A DNA stretch of 32,000 bases from contig NZ_JBHSTI010000008.1 of the NCBI RefSeq assembly GCF_042660085.1, forward strand, positions 420,001-452,000. Direction: 5' to 3'. A program made the position numbers and the translations under genes. Positions 8,238-16,586 of the stretch are shown here, piece by piece; within the stretch, counting starts at the first letter, position 1; the number at the start of each line of letters is the position of its first letter. This DNA is from Longivirga aurantiaca (GTDB lineage Bacteria; Actinomycetota; Actinomycetes; S36-B12; CAIYMF01). The notes under the pieces were generated by a model. It was not told the DNA's origin and searched no databases. It was given only the letters and a program-made list of their open reading frames with translations.

Positions 8238-10328
8238 TCAGTCGACGCCGAGGGAGCGCTTCAGGAAGTCGAGCTCGAGCAGCAGCTTGTTCTCGGCGAC
8301 CTCCTCCTGCGGCGTCATGTGCGTGACGCCGGACAGCGGCAGCACCTGGTGCGGGCGACCCGCGACCGTGAGCGCCCCGGACAGCGCGAGCGTGTGGGCG
8401 ACCACCACGTTGTCGTCGGTGAGCCCGTGGATGATCATGAGCGGCCTGGAGAGCCCGGGTGCGAGCGTCATCAGGCTGCCGGCGTCGTACGGCGCGGGGT
8501 CGACGGCCGGGTTGCCGAGGTAGCGCTCGCTGTACGTCGTGTCGTAGAGCCGCATGTCGGTCACGGGCGCACCGGCGACGGCGGCATGGAACACGTCCGG
8601 CCGCTTGAGCACTGCGAGCGCCGACAGGTAGCCGCCGAACGACCACCCGCGGATTCCGACGCGCGTGGTGTCGACGTCGTCAGGCCAGCAGGCGGCTACG
8701 GCCTCGAGCGCCGTCACCTGGTCTGCCAGGACGACGTCGGTGAGGTCGTGGTGCACGGCGCGGTCCCAGGCGGGACCGCGCCCCGGGGTGCCGCGGCCGT
8801 CGGCGACGACGACGCAGAAGCCCTGGTCGGCGAGCCACTGGTCCTCCCCGAACGACAGGCCGGACGCGAGCACCTCGGCGTGGTGCGGGCCGCCGTACGG
8901 GCTGAGGACCACCGGGAGCCGGCGGGAGCCGGGCTCGTGGTCGCTCGGCCACAGGACGGCGGTGACGATCGCGAGGTCGCCCGCGGCGATGACCTCGACC
9001 TTCGGGGTCACGGCCGGTACCTCGGCATGGGTCGTGACGGGGATCGCGCGGCCGCCCGAGCGCACCTCGTACGTGGTCGCGGTCGAGTCGAGCGTGCGGC
9101 CGACGAGGAGGTCGGTGCCGCCCGACGTGCGCCCGGCCCACCAGGCCTGGCCGTCGGCCACGACCGAGAGGGTGCCGTCCCACGCCACCTTCACGAGCGA
9201 GGACGAGAGCGGGTCGGGCGCGGTGGCCACCAGCACGCCGTCCGCGTCTACGTCGACGACCCCGCGCACCTGCACTCCTGCCGGCGTGAGCCAGCCATCA
9301 CCGAGGTGCAGCCGGTAAGTGTCGCTGGCGCGGTCCGGGCGCAGCGTCAGGAGGCGGCCGTCCGGCGTCCAGCGGAACGCGCCGGGGGAGGCGTCGACCC
9401 ACTGCTCGTCCGTGATCTCCGCGACGGTCCGCGTCTCCCCGGTCGCGACGTCGACGGCGAGCACGGCGAACGTCCGCTGGTCGCGCGTGGAGACGACCAC
9501 GAGCGGGTCGCCGTACGACGTCCACGAGACGTCGACGAGGTACTCGAACGCGGCAGAGTCCCACCGGACGTCCGCGGACGACCCGTCGAGCCGCACGACG
9601 GCCAGCGACACGAGCGCGTTGGGCGTGCCTGCCGCGGGGTAGCGGTGCGGCCGCGGGCGCTGGTCGGGGTGCAGCGGGTCGGCGATCCACCACTCGTTCA
9701 CCGGTGTCTCGTCGACGCGCTCGACCAGCACGGCGTCGGACGAGGGCGACCACCAGAAGCCGCGCGAGCGGTCGAGCTCCTCGGCTGCGGCGAAGTCGGC
9801 GAGGCCGCAGGTCTCGAGGGCGTGCGCCGGCTCGGCGAGAGCACGGTCGTCGGACCCGTCGGAGCGCACGAGCCGCAGCGACCGACCGGATACGTAGGCG
9901 ACGTGCGCGCCGTCGGGCGACAGCCTCGGGTCGATCACCGGGCCGGGCACGTCGAGGGCGTGGATGTCGCCGTCGTCGAGCGATCCGCCGTACAGGCCGC
10001 CGGACAGCGCGAAGACCGCGTGCGTGACGGCGTCGTCGGTCGAGTAGCCGACGATGCCGGCGTTGCCCTCGCGCATCCGCTCGCGGCGCGCACGCTCCTC
10101 CACCGACAGCTCCTCGGCCCCCGAGTGCAGCATGGTCGGGTCGGCAGCCAGCCGCTCGACGCCGCTCTCGACGTCGAGCACCCAGAGCCTGCCGACGACG
10201 TCGGTGCCGGACGCCGAGCGCACGAACACGACGCGGCGGCCGTCGGGGGACAGGGTGAACAGGCGCGGCGCCCCGGCGCTGAAGCGGTGGGTGCGGGCGC
10301 TGTGCCGGGGGAACGACGACGTTGTCAT
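8238..10328 (-). CDS. S9 family serine peptidase (prolyl oligopeptidase / dipeptidyl aminopeptidase type)
   Basis: 696 aa. It has an N-terminal propeller-like region and a C-terminal alpha/beta-hydrolase domain, with nucleophile elbow GWSFGGY, Asp in HGLTDDNV and a C-terminal His (GVTHM). Confidence 0.9.
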   Translation of the reverse strand: MTTSSFPRHSARTHRFSAGAPRLFTLSPDGRRVVFVRSASGTDVVGRLWVLDVESGVERLAADPTMLHSGAEELSVEERARRERMREGNAGIVGYSTDDAVTHAVFALSGGLYGGSLDDGDIHALDVPGPVIDPRLSPDGAHVAYVSGRSLRLVRSDGSDDRALAEPAHALETCGLADFAAAEELDRSRGFWWSPSSDAVLVERVDETPVNEWWIADPLHPDQRPRPHRYPAAGTPNALVSLAVVRLDGSSADVRWDSAAFEYLVDVSWTSYGDPLVVVSTRDQRTFAVLAVDVATGETRTVAEITDEQWVDASPGAFRWTPDGRLLTLRPDRASDTYRLHLGDGWLTPAGVQVRGVVDVDADGVLVATAPDPLSSSLVKVAWDGTLSVVADGQAWWAGRTSGGTDLLVGRTLDSTATTYEVRSGGRAIPVTTHAEVPAVTPKVEVIAAGDLAIVTAVLWPSDHEPGSRRLPVVLSPYGGPHHAEVLASGLSFGEDQWLADQGFCVVVADGRGTPGRGPAWDRAVHHDLTDVVLADQVTALEAVAACWPDDVDTTRVGIRGWSFGGYLSALAVLKRPDVFHAAVAGAPVTDMRLYDTTYSERYLGNPAVDPAPYDAGSLMTLAPGLSRPLMIIHGLTDDNVVVAHTLALSGALTVAGRPHQVLPLSGVTHMTPQEEVAENKLLLELDFLKRSLGVD

Positions 10329-10384
10329 GGCGGGAGTCTTTCACCGCCGACGCGTGCGCACCGACGGGGTTAGGCTCACCTCTC

Positions 10385-11275
10385 GTGACCTCTCCCGCAG
10401 CTGACCACCGCATGCTCCTCGTGCACGCTCACCCCGACGACGAGACGATCGGCACCGGCGCCACGATGGCGAAGTACGTCGACGCCGGCGCCCACGTCGC
10501 CCTCGTCACATGCACCCTCGGCGAGGAGGGCGAGATTCTTCTCGAGGAGCACGCGCACCGAGCCGCCGACCGCGACGACAGCCTCGGCGAGCACCGCAGG
10601 ATCGAGCTCGCCGACGCCATGACGGCGCTCGGGGTGACCGACCACCGGCAGCTCGGTGGCGACGGCAGGTACCGCGACTCCGGGATGATGGGTCTTCCGG
10701 ACAACGACGACCCCACGTGCTTCTGGCAGGCCGACCTGCTCACCGCGGCGTCGGACCTCGTCGCGGTGATCCGCGAGGTGCGCCCGCAGGTGCTCGTCAC
10801 GTACGACGACTTCGGTGGCTACGGCCACCCCGACCACATCCAGGCGCACCGCGTCGCGATGTACGGCGCGATGCTCGCCGCAGCGCCGTCGTTCCGGCCG
10901 GACCTCGGCGAGGCCTGGGACATCGCGAAGATCTACTGGACGGCGTTCCCGAAGTCGATCGTGCGCGCAGGCATCGAGGCGCTGCGGGCTTCGGGCGAGA
11001 CCACCGGCTTCGCGGCCATGGACCCCGACGACATGCCCTTCGCGTGCGACGACGCCCTCGTCACGACCACGATCGACGCCGAGGACTGGCTCGACCGGAA
11101 GATGGCGGCGATGGCTGCCCACGCCACCCAGATCAGCCTCGAGGACGGCTTCTTCGCGCTCTCGAACAACCTGGGCTCGCGCGCGTTCGGCCGGGAGTAC
11201 TTCCGCCTCGTGAAGGGCCAGACGGGCCCGCTCGACGAGTCCGGCCACGAGACCGACCTGTTCGCCGGCATCTAG
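10385..11275 (+). CDS. mshB: LmbE/PIG-L family deacetylase, likely mycothiol-pathway GlcNAc-Ins deacetylase MshB
   Basis: Zinc motif [10 protein letters not shown] and second motif GYGHPDH. Size is about 296 aa. The position between the typA region and fdxA-dapC matches other actinobacteria. The start is GTG 10385 (no overlap with the peptidase gene) or ATG 10412. Confidence 0.8.
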   Translation: MTSPAADHRMLLVHAHPDDETIGTGATMAKYVDAGAHVALVTCTLGEEGEILLEEHAHRAADRDDSLGEHRRIELADAMTALGVTDHRQLGGDGRYRDSGMMGLPDNDDPTCFWQADLLTAASDLVAVIREVRPQVLVTYDDFGGYGHPDHIQAHRVAMYGAMLAAAPSFRPDLGEAWDIAKIYWTAFPKSIVRAGIEALRASGETTGFAAMDPDDMPFACDDALVTTTIDAEDWLDRKMAAMAAHATQISLEDGFFALSNNLGSRAFGREYFRLVKGQTGPLDESGHETDLFAGI

Positions 11276-11302
11276 GCCGGCGAGGCGTCGGACGGGGGAG
11301 CG

Positions 11303-11737
11303 ATGCGGGTCGGACCGTGGATGGCGGTGCCGCTGGGTGCGCTGCTGCTGGCCGCCTGCGGCACGTCGGGATCGCCGACCCCCACGTTCACCCCCGGCGA
11401 TCCCCTTCCGGAGTCGAAGTTCGTGCCCGGCCCGAACGCCTCGTACATGGGCCTGGTCCTCACCGGCGAGCTCGTGCTCGGGCCTGACGGCTGCCTCCGT
11501 CTGGATCCCGTGCCGGCGAGCATGGCCAGCGGCGTCACCGACATCCTCTGGCCGGTCGGCACGACCCTCCGCATGCTCCCGTCCGGCCAGGGCGAGGTCG
11601 TCTGGCCCGACGGCACCGTCGTCGCGACCACGGGGGAGCAGTTCAGCGCCTCGGGCGGCTTCACCTCGCACAGGGCCGAGCCGCCGTGCATCGGCGACGG
11701 CGGTGCCTTCCAGCTCGAGGCGGTCCTGGAGCCCTAG
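11303..11737 (+). CDS. Small secreted lipoprotein, function unknown
   Basis: N-terminus MRVGPWMAVPLGALLLAAC-GTSG (lipobox LLAAC). Codon GC3 bias is coding-like. I recognise no family. Confidence 0.55.
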   Translation: MRVGPWMAVPLGALLLAACGTSGSPTPTFTPGDPLPESKFVPGPNASYMGLVLTGELVLGPDGCLRLDPVPASMASGVTDILWPVGTTLRMLPSGQGEVVWPDGTVVATTGEQFSASGGFTSHRAEPPCIGDGGAFQLEAVLEP

Positions 11738-11921
11738 CAGCACGCGCCGTCCGACCGCCCCGTTGCGCGATCCGAGAACTCGCGCACACGCTGCGTAGTG
11801 CTTCGGCCGTCCGGGGTACTCCACCCGGGTGAGTACGACGCCCGGCGTGCAGCGGATCGGGCCCTCGTCGCTCACGATGGGTGCACGCCCCCGGCACCGG
11901 GGGCGGTGACAGACAGGGGTC

Positions 11922-13928
11922 GTGCAGATGGCACAGCGGCGGACCGACTCGGCGGCCATGCTCAACGAGGCCGGAACGGGGAGCTTGGCTGCCCGCGACG
12001 GCGACGTGGGGGAGTCCCGGGAGCGCTCGCGCCGTCGACGCCTCTGGGGCCTGTTCGCCCTGCTGCTGCTGCCCGCCGCCTACCTGTGGAGCCGGATCTC
12101 CGCCGGCGACCCCTTCGACATCCTCTCGATCACCCTGCCGCAGATCGACGCGATGGTGCTCATCCCGGCCCTCTTCTTCATCACGCTCATCGCGATCCTC
12201 GTGGGCTCGACCGTCGGTGCCGGCCGCTCCCCGCACGTCACCTACCGCCCCGAGCAGATCGACACGCGCCTCGACGACGTCATCGGCATCGACGGCGTGA
12301 AGGAGGACGTGGTCCGCTCTCTCAACCTGTTCCTCGCGCACAAGGCGTTCGCGAGCGAGATGGGCGGCACCCCGCGCCGCGGCCTGCTCTTCGAGGGCCA
12401 GCCCGGCACCGGCAAGACCTACCTGGCCAAGGCCATGGCCCGCGAGGCCGGCGTCCCCTTCCTCTTCGTGTCTGCGACGTCCTTCCAGTCGATGTACTAC
12501 GGCGCCACCGCGCGCAAGATCCGCTCGTACTTCAAGGCGCTGCGCAAGGCCGCTCGCCAGGAGGGCGGGGCGATCGGCTTCATCGAGGAGATCGACGCCA
12601 TCGCCATGGCCCGCGGCGGCCTGTCCATGACGCCGATGCCCATGACGCGCTCGAACGCGGCCCTGTGCTGCGGCGGACTCGACGGGCTCCCCGGCCAGTA
12701 CGCCGGCGCCGCGCAGTCGCTCTCGGTCGTCTCCGCCGCCGCCGGCGGCGGTGGCGCTGTCGTCCGCAACGCCTCGATGACGAGCGAGGGCGTGGGCGGC
12801 GTCGTCAACGAGCTGCTCGTGCAGATGCAGTCCTTCGACGACCCGACCGGCTTCCAGAAGCTGCAGTCGTGGCTCGTCGACAAGGTCAACCTCTTCCTCC
12901 CGGCGAACCGTCAGATGAAGCGGCCCGTGCCGCCCGTCACCAACGTGCTCGTCATCGCGGCGACCAACCGGGCCGACAACCTCGACCCCGCGCTGCTGCG
13001 CCCGGGCCGCTTCGACCGCCGCCTCTCGTTCGAGGCGCCGGGCAAGGCCGGCCGGCGCGAGCTCATCGACTTCTTCCTCTCGCGCAAGTCGCACGTGGCC
13101 GAGCTCGACACCGAGGAGGTGCGCGACAGCCTCGCCTCGGTGACCCAGGGCTACACCCCGGTCATGATCGAGCACCTCTTCGACGAGGGTCTCGTCAACG
13201 CGCTGCGCCGCGGCGAGCAGGCGATGAACCGCCAGGACGTCGAGCGCGCCCGCCTCGTCGAGGAGGTGGGCATGGGCCAGCCCGTGGCCTACACCGAGCA
13301 CGAGCAGCGCCTCATCGCCACGCACGAGGCCGGCCACGCCGTCGCCGCCTGGCTCACCGCGCCTCAGCGCCGCCTCGAGGTGCTGACGATCATCAAGCGC
13401 AAGGACGCCCTGGGCATGCTGGCCCACGGCGACGCCGAGGACGTGTTCACGCGCTCGCGCTCGGAGATGACCGCGCTGATCCAGATCGCGATGGGCGGGC
13501 AGGCCGCCGAGGAGCTGTTCTTCGACGACGTCAGCACCGGGCCGTCGGGCGACCTGCTCTACGCCACCAACGTGGCGGCCCAGATGATCGGTGCGGCCGG
13601 CATGACCGACACGCTCATCTCGTACGCCGCCATCCAGGGCTCCGCGCTGAGCGACTCCAACCTGGTGGGCAAGGTGCTGCAGGACGCCGAGGGCCGCGCC
13701 CGCGTCGAGAAGCTGCTGCAGGACCAGAAGGCGTACACCCGCGCGCTGCTGAACGAGAACCGGCACCTGGTCGAGGCGCTCCGCGACGCTCTGGTCGAGC
13801 GGCACGAGCTGATCGGCCGCGAGATCACCGACATCCTCGAGCAGGCCAACGCTGCGCGGGCCGAGTCCGTCGTCGACGTCCGGACCGGTGCGGCGCGACC
13901 GGAGGCCGCGGTTACGCTCGAGGGGTGA
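11922..13928 (+). CDS. Atypical FtsH-like membrane AAA+ ATPase / M41 zinc metalloprotease
   Basis: Two N-terminal TM helices. Walker A GQPGTGKT, Walker B IGFIEEID, pore loop MYYG, SRH IAATNRADNLDPALLRPGRFDRR, and zinc site HEAGHAV with a downstream GGQAAEE. The start is GTG 11922 or ATG 11928. Confidence 0.87.
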   Translation: MQMAQRRTDSAAMLNEAGTGSLAARDGDVGESRERSRRRRLWGLFALLLLPAAYLWSRISAGDPFDILSITLPQIDAMVLIPALFFITLIAILVGSTVGAGRSPHVTYRPEQIDTRLDDVIGIDGVKEDVVRSLNLFLAHKAFASEMGGTPRRGLLFEGQPGTGKTYLAKAMAREAGVPFLFVSATSFQSMYYGATARKIRSYFKALRKAARQEGGAIGFIEEIDAIAMARGGLSMTPMPMTRSNAALCCGGLDGLPGQYAGAAQSLSVVSAAAGGGGAVVRNASMTSEGVGGVVNELLVQMQSFDDPTGFQKLQSWLVDKVNLFLPANRQMKRPVPPVTNVLVIAATNRADNLDPALLRPGRFDRRLSFEAPGKAGRRELIDFFLSRKSHVAELDTEEVRDSLASVTQGYTPVMIEHLFDEGLVNALRRGEQAMNRQDVERARLVEEVGMGQPVAYTEHEQRLIATHEAGHAVAAWLTAPQRRLEVLTIIKRKDALGMLAHGDAEDVFTRSRSEMTALIQIAMGGQAAEELFFDDVSTGPSGDLLYATNVAAQMIGAAGMTDTLISYAAIQGSALSDSNLVGKVLQDAEGRARVEKLLQDQKAYTRALLNENRHLVEALRDALVERHELIGREITDILEQANAARAESVVDVRTGAARPEAAVTLEG

Positions 13929-14398
13929 GCCACTCTCGGGAGAACGCCAGCACGATCGTGCTGATGGGCTTCCTCGGGGTGCTGCTCGGTCTCGTCGGGT
14001 CGGTCGTGTCGGCCGCACGCGTGCAGGTCGGGTCCGTGACCGTGCCGTGGGGCGCCCTCCTGGCTGCCCTCACGCTCGCCGTGGCCGTCCGCGCCGTCGT
14101 CTGGTCGAGCCGCACGCGGCTCCAGGGCGCTGTGCTCCTCGGAGGCTGGGTCGTGGCCACCAGCGTCGTGCTCCTCGTCTCGCCCGGCGGCGACGTCCTG
14201 CTGCCCGGCGTCCCGCGCAGCTACGTGTACCTCGGCAGCGCCTTCGTCCTCGGGCTGGCGGCGCTGGTCTGGCGCCTCCCGGAGGGCCACGGCGACCTCA
14301 TCGAGAGCGAGGCCGCCCTGGTGCCGGGCGACAGTGGCGCTGTCCTGCCCTCCGGAGACCTGCCCGAGCCTTCAGGGGAGGGCCCGGACGTCCGATGA
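13925..14398 (+). CDS. 4-TM integral membrane protein, unknown function
   Basis: This is the last 157 codons of the 866-aa track ORF. The GTG at 13925 overlaps the upstream TGA (GTGA). There are four hydrophobic helices (IVLMGFLGVLLGLVG..., VPWGALLAALTLAVAV..., GAVLLGGWVVATSVVLLV, YVYLGSAFVLGLAALVW) and an acidic Pro-rich tail. Confidence 0.6.
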   Translation: MSHSRENASTIVLMGFLGVLLGLVGSVVSAARVQVGSVTVPWGALLAALTLAVAVRAVVWSSRTRLQGAVLLGGWVVATSVVLLVSPGGDVLLPGVPRSYVYLGSAFVLGLAALVWRLPEGHGDLIESEAALVPGDSGAVLPSGDLPEPSGEGPDVR

Positions 14399-14405
14399 CG
14401 GACGT

Positions 14406-14924
14406 GTGAGCCTTCATCCGCCCGGCGGGTCGCCGACCTGGTTCGACGACGACGTCGAGGACCTCGACGCGGTTGCGACGCTCGAGCACGTACTGGTCAG
14501 GCTCGGTGCCGGCCGCTACGCCGTCGCCGCCCGGCACGTGGTGGAGGTCGTGCCCGTCCCCGGGCTCACGCGGGTTCCCGCTGCCCCCTCCTGGCTCCTC
14601 GGGGTCGCCAACTGGCGCGGTCACGTGCTCCCTGTCGCCGACCTGCGCCCGCTCCTCGGGGTGGCGCCCACGCCTCTCGCCTCGAGCGCCCGTGTCGTGG
14701 TCATCCGGTCCGACGACGTCGAGGTGGGGTTCGTGGCCGACCAGGTGCTCGGGCTGCTCGACGTGCCCGAGGACCACGACCCGGCCCCCGTCACGCTGGC
14801 GGCCGAAGCCTCGGACCTCGTGGTCGGCCTTGCGGACGACGGCTCGGTGACGGGCCCGGTCGCTCTCCTGGACGCCTCCGCCGTGCTCGGGCTCGCCCGC
14901 GCGCACCCATCTCGACCCCGTTGA
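14406..14924 (+). CDS. cheW: CheW-like coupling protein
   Basis: CheW domain pattern: HVLVRLGAGRYAVAARHVVEVVPVPGLTRVPAAPSWLLGVANWRGHVLPVADLRPLLG. The GTG at 14406 lies 7 nt after the preceding stop; the track ORF start at 14334 overlaps the upstream gene. Confidence 0.85.
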   Translation: MSLHPPGGSPTWFDDDVEDLDAVATLEHVLVRLGAGRYAVAARHVVEVVPVPGLTRVPAAPSWLLGVANWRGHVLPVADLRPLLGVAPTPLASSARVVVIRSDDVEVGFVADQVLGLLDVPEDHDPAPVTLAAEASDLVVGLADDGSVTGPVALLDASAVLGLARAHPSRPR

Positions 14925-14969
14925 CCCCTTCAGGTGACGCCGTGGGTGCCGACACACACGTAGGGACCC

Positions 14970-16577
14970 GTGGGGGGTCTCGCGCGGCGTAGTGCGGGAG
15001 CAGTCGTGGAGTTCAGCAAGCGCATCGCGGTGATCGCGGGCGTCGCCACCTGGGGGTGCGTCGTCCTCGGTCTGGTCGCGGCCTACCTGACGCTGCAGTT
15101 CGTGCCCGGGGCACCGGTCGACCTGGTGCAGACCTGGGCCTGGACGGCGTTCGGAGCGGCCCTCGCCGGCCTCACGTCGTACCTCGCCTGGCGCGCGCAC
15201 CGGTCAGGTGCCGTCCTCGAGCAGTCCCTCAAGGTCGGCCGTGTCCTGCTGGTCGCGAACGTCGTCTACATCACCGGCCTGGCCTGTGCGAGCGGCGGCC
15301 TGCTCGGGTCGGCCTCGGTCCTCCTGGCCGTCAACGTGCTGTTCGCCTCGTTGCTGTTCTCGCGCTGGACCCTGCCCCTCTTCGCGCTCCTCCTCTCGGC
15401 GAGCATCGCCGTCACCGGCACGATCACCGGCACCTGGACCGGGTCGGCGCTGCCGCTCGGCCTCATCGCGCTCGTGGCGCTGCCGGCGATGACCCTCATC
15501 GGAGGCCAGCTCATCGAGGCCGTCCTCGCCTTCGGCAGCAAGTCCTCGCGCGAGCGCAGCGAGCTCTCGGCCCGTGTCGACGCGCTGACCTCGCAGCTCG
15601 AGCGCGCTGCGGCCGGCGACCTGTCCGCGCGCATCGACGTCGCCGCGATGGCCGACGTCGACGACTCCGAGGTCGACACCGTCGCGGTGCTCTCGACGTC
15701 GGTCAACGAGGCGCTCGAGAACCTCGCCACACTGGTCGAGCAGGTGCGCAGCGGCGGCGAGCAGATCGCCGCGAGCGCCACCGAGCTGCTCGCGAACGCC
15801 GAGGAGCACGCCGCCAGCGCCACCCAGCAGTCGTCGGCCGTGGCCGAGACCACCTCGACCATCGAGGAGCTCGCCGCCACAGCCGCCCAGATCGCCGAGA
15901 CGGCCGAGGCCGTCGCCCGCTACGCCGCCGAGACGCTCCGGCACGCCGAGCAGGGCCGGCAGGCCGTCGCGGCCTCGGTGCACTCGATGGACCAGATCGC
16001 CGACCGCGTGGACTCGATCGCGACGCGGGCCCTGTCGCTCGGCGAGAAGAGCCAGGAGATCGGCCGCATCCTCGAGGTGATCGACGACCTCGCCGACCAG
16101 ACCAACCTGCTCGCGCTCAACGCCGCCATCGAGGCGGCACGGGCGGGCGAGCACGGCCGTGGCTTCGCGGTCGTGGCGACCGAGGTGCGCAAGCTCGCCG
16201 AGCGCTCGCAGGAGTCAGCCGGCCAGATCCAGGCGATCGTCGCGCAGATCCAGACCGAGACCCACGCGACCATCCTCGCGACCGAGGACGGCAGCAAGGA
16301 GGTCCACGCCGGCGCCGAGCTCGCTCGCGATGTCGTCGAGGCCCTCGAGCGCATCTCGGGCATGGTCGACGAGACCACGACCGCGGCCAAGGAGATCTCG
16401 ATCGCGACCCAGCAGCAGCGCTCGGCGTCCGACCAGGTCGTGGCCGCGATGACCCAGGTGTCGGACGTGTCGCGTCAGTACGCCGTCGGCTCCAAGCAGT
16501 CCGCCGCAGCGGCGGCCCAGCTCACGATGCTGTCGGCTGAGCTGCGCGAGTCGATCCAGCGCTTCCGGGTGGCGTGA
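14970..16577 (+). CDS. Methyl-accepting chemotaxis protein with a 6-TM N-terminal module
   Basis: Highly conserved MCP hairpin tip [37 protein letters not shown]. There are six N-terminal hydrophobic segments and a HAMP-like [10 protein letters not shown]. The alternative start GTG 15006 has GGGAG 5 nt upstream. Confidence 0.92.
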   Translation: MGGLARRSAGAVVEFSKRIAVIAGVATWGCVVLGLVAAYLTLQFVPGAPVDLVQTWAWTAFGAALAGLTSYLAWRAHRSGAVLEQSLKVGRVLLVANVVYITGLACASGGLLGSASVLLAVNVLFASLLFSRWTLPLFALLLSASIAVTGTITGTWTGSALPLGLIALVALPAMTLIGGQLIEAVLAFGSKSSRERSELSARVDALTSQLERAAAGDLSARIDVAAMADVDDSEVDTVAVLSTSVNEALENLATLVEQVRSGGEQIAASATELLANAEEHAASATQQSSAVAETTSTIEELAATAAQIAETAEAVARYAAETLRHAEQGRQAVAASVHSMDQIADRVDSIATRALSLGEKSQEIGRILEVIDDLADQTNLLALNAAIEAARAGEHGRGFAVVATEVRKLAERSQESAGQIQAIVAQIQTETHATILATEDGSKEVHAGAELARDVVEALERISGMVDETTTAAKEISIATQQQRSASDQVVAAMTQVSDVSRQYAVGSKQSAAAAAQLTMLSAELRESIQRFRVA

Positions 16578-16586
16578 GGCTCACCC

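Noticed and set aside
8226-10373. 715-aa plus-strand ORF opposite the S9 peptidase gene.
   Set aside because: The minus-strand frame carries the full S9 catalytic triad context. The plus-strand product is Arg/Gly/Val/Asp-rich low-information sequence, a high-GC antisense artefact.
11798-13924. First ~709 residues of the 866-aa plus-strand ORF (11798-14398).
   Set aside because: It is out of frame with, and overlaps, the FtsH-like gene. It is Arg/Pro/Gly-rich nonsense. Only the C-terminal 157 codons, from the GTG at 13925, look like a real (4-TM) protein.
10376-14018. 529-aa (10376-11965) and 785-aa (11661-14018) minus-strand ORFs.
   Set aside because: They are antisense to mshB, the lipoprotein gene and the FtsH-like gene, all of which have clear motifs. 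Their compositions are Arg/Gly/Ala/Asp-rich with no recognisable domains.
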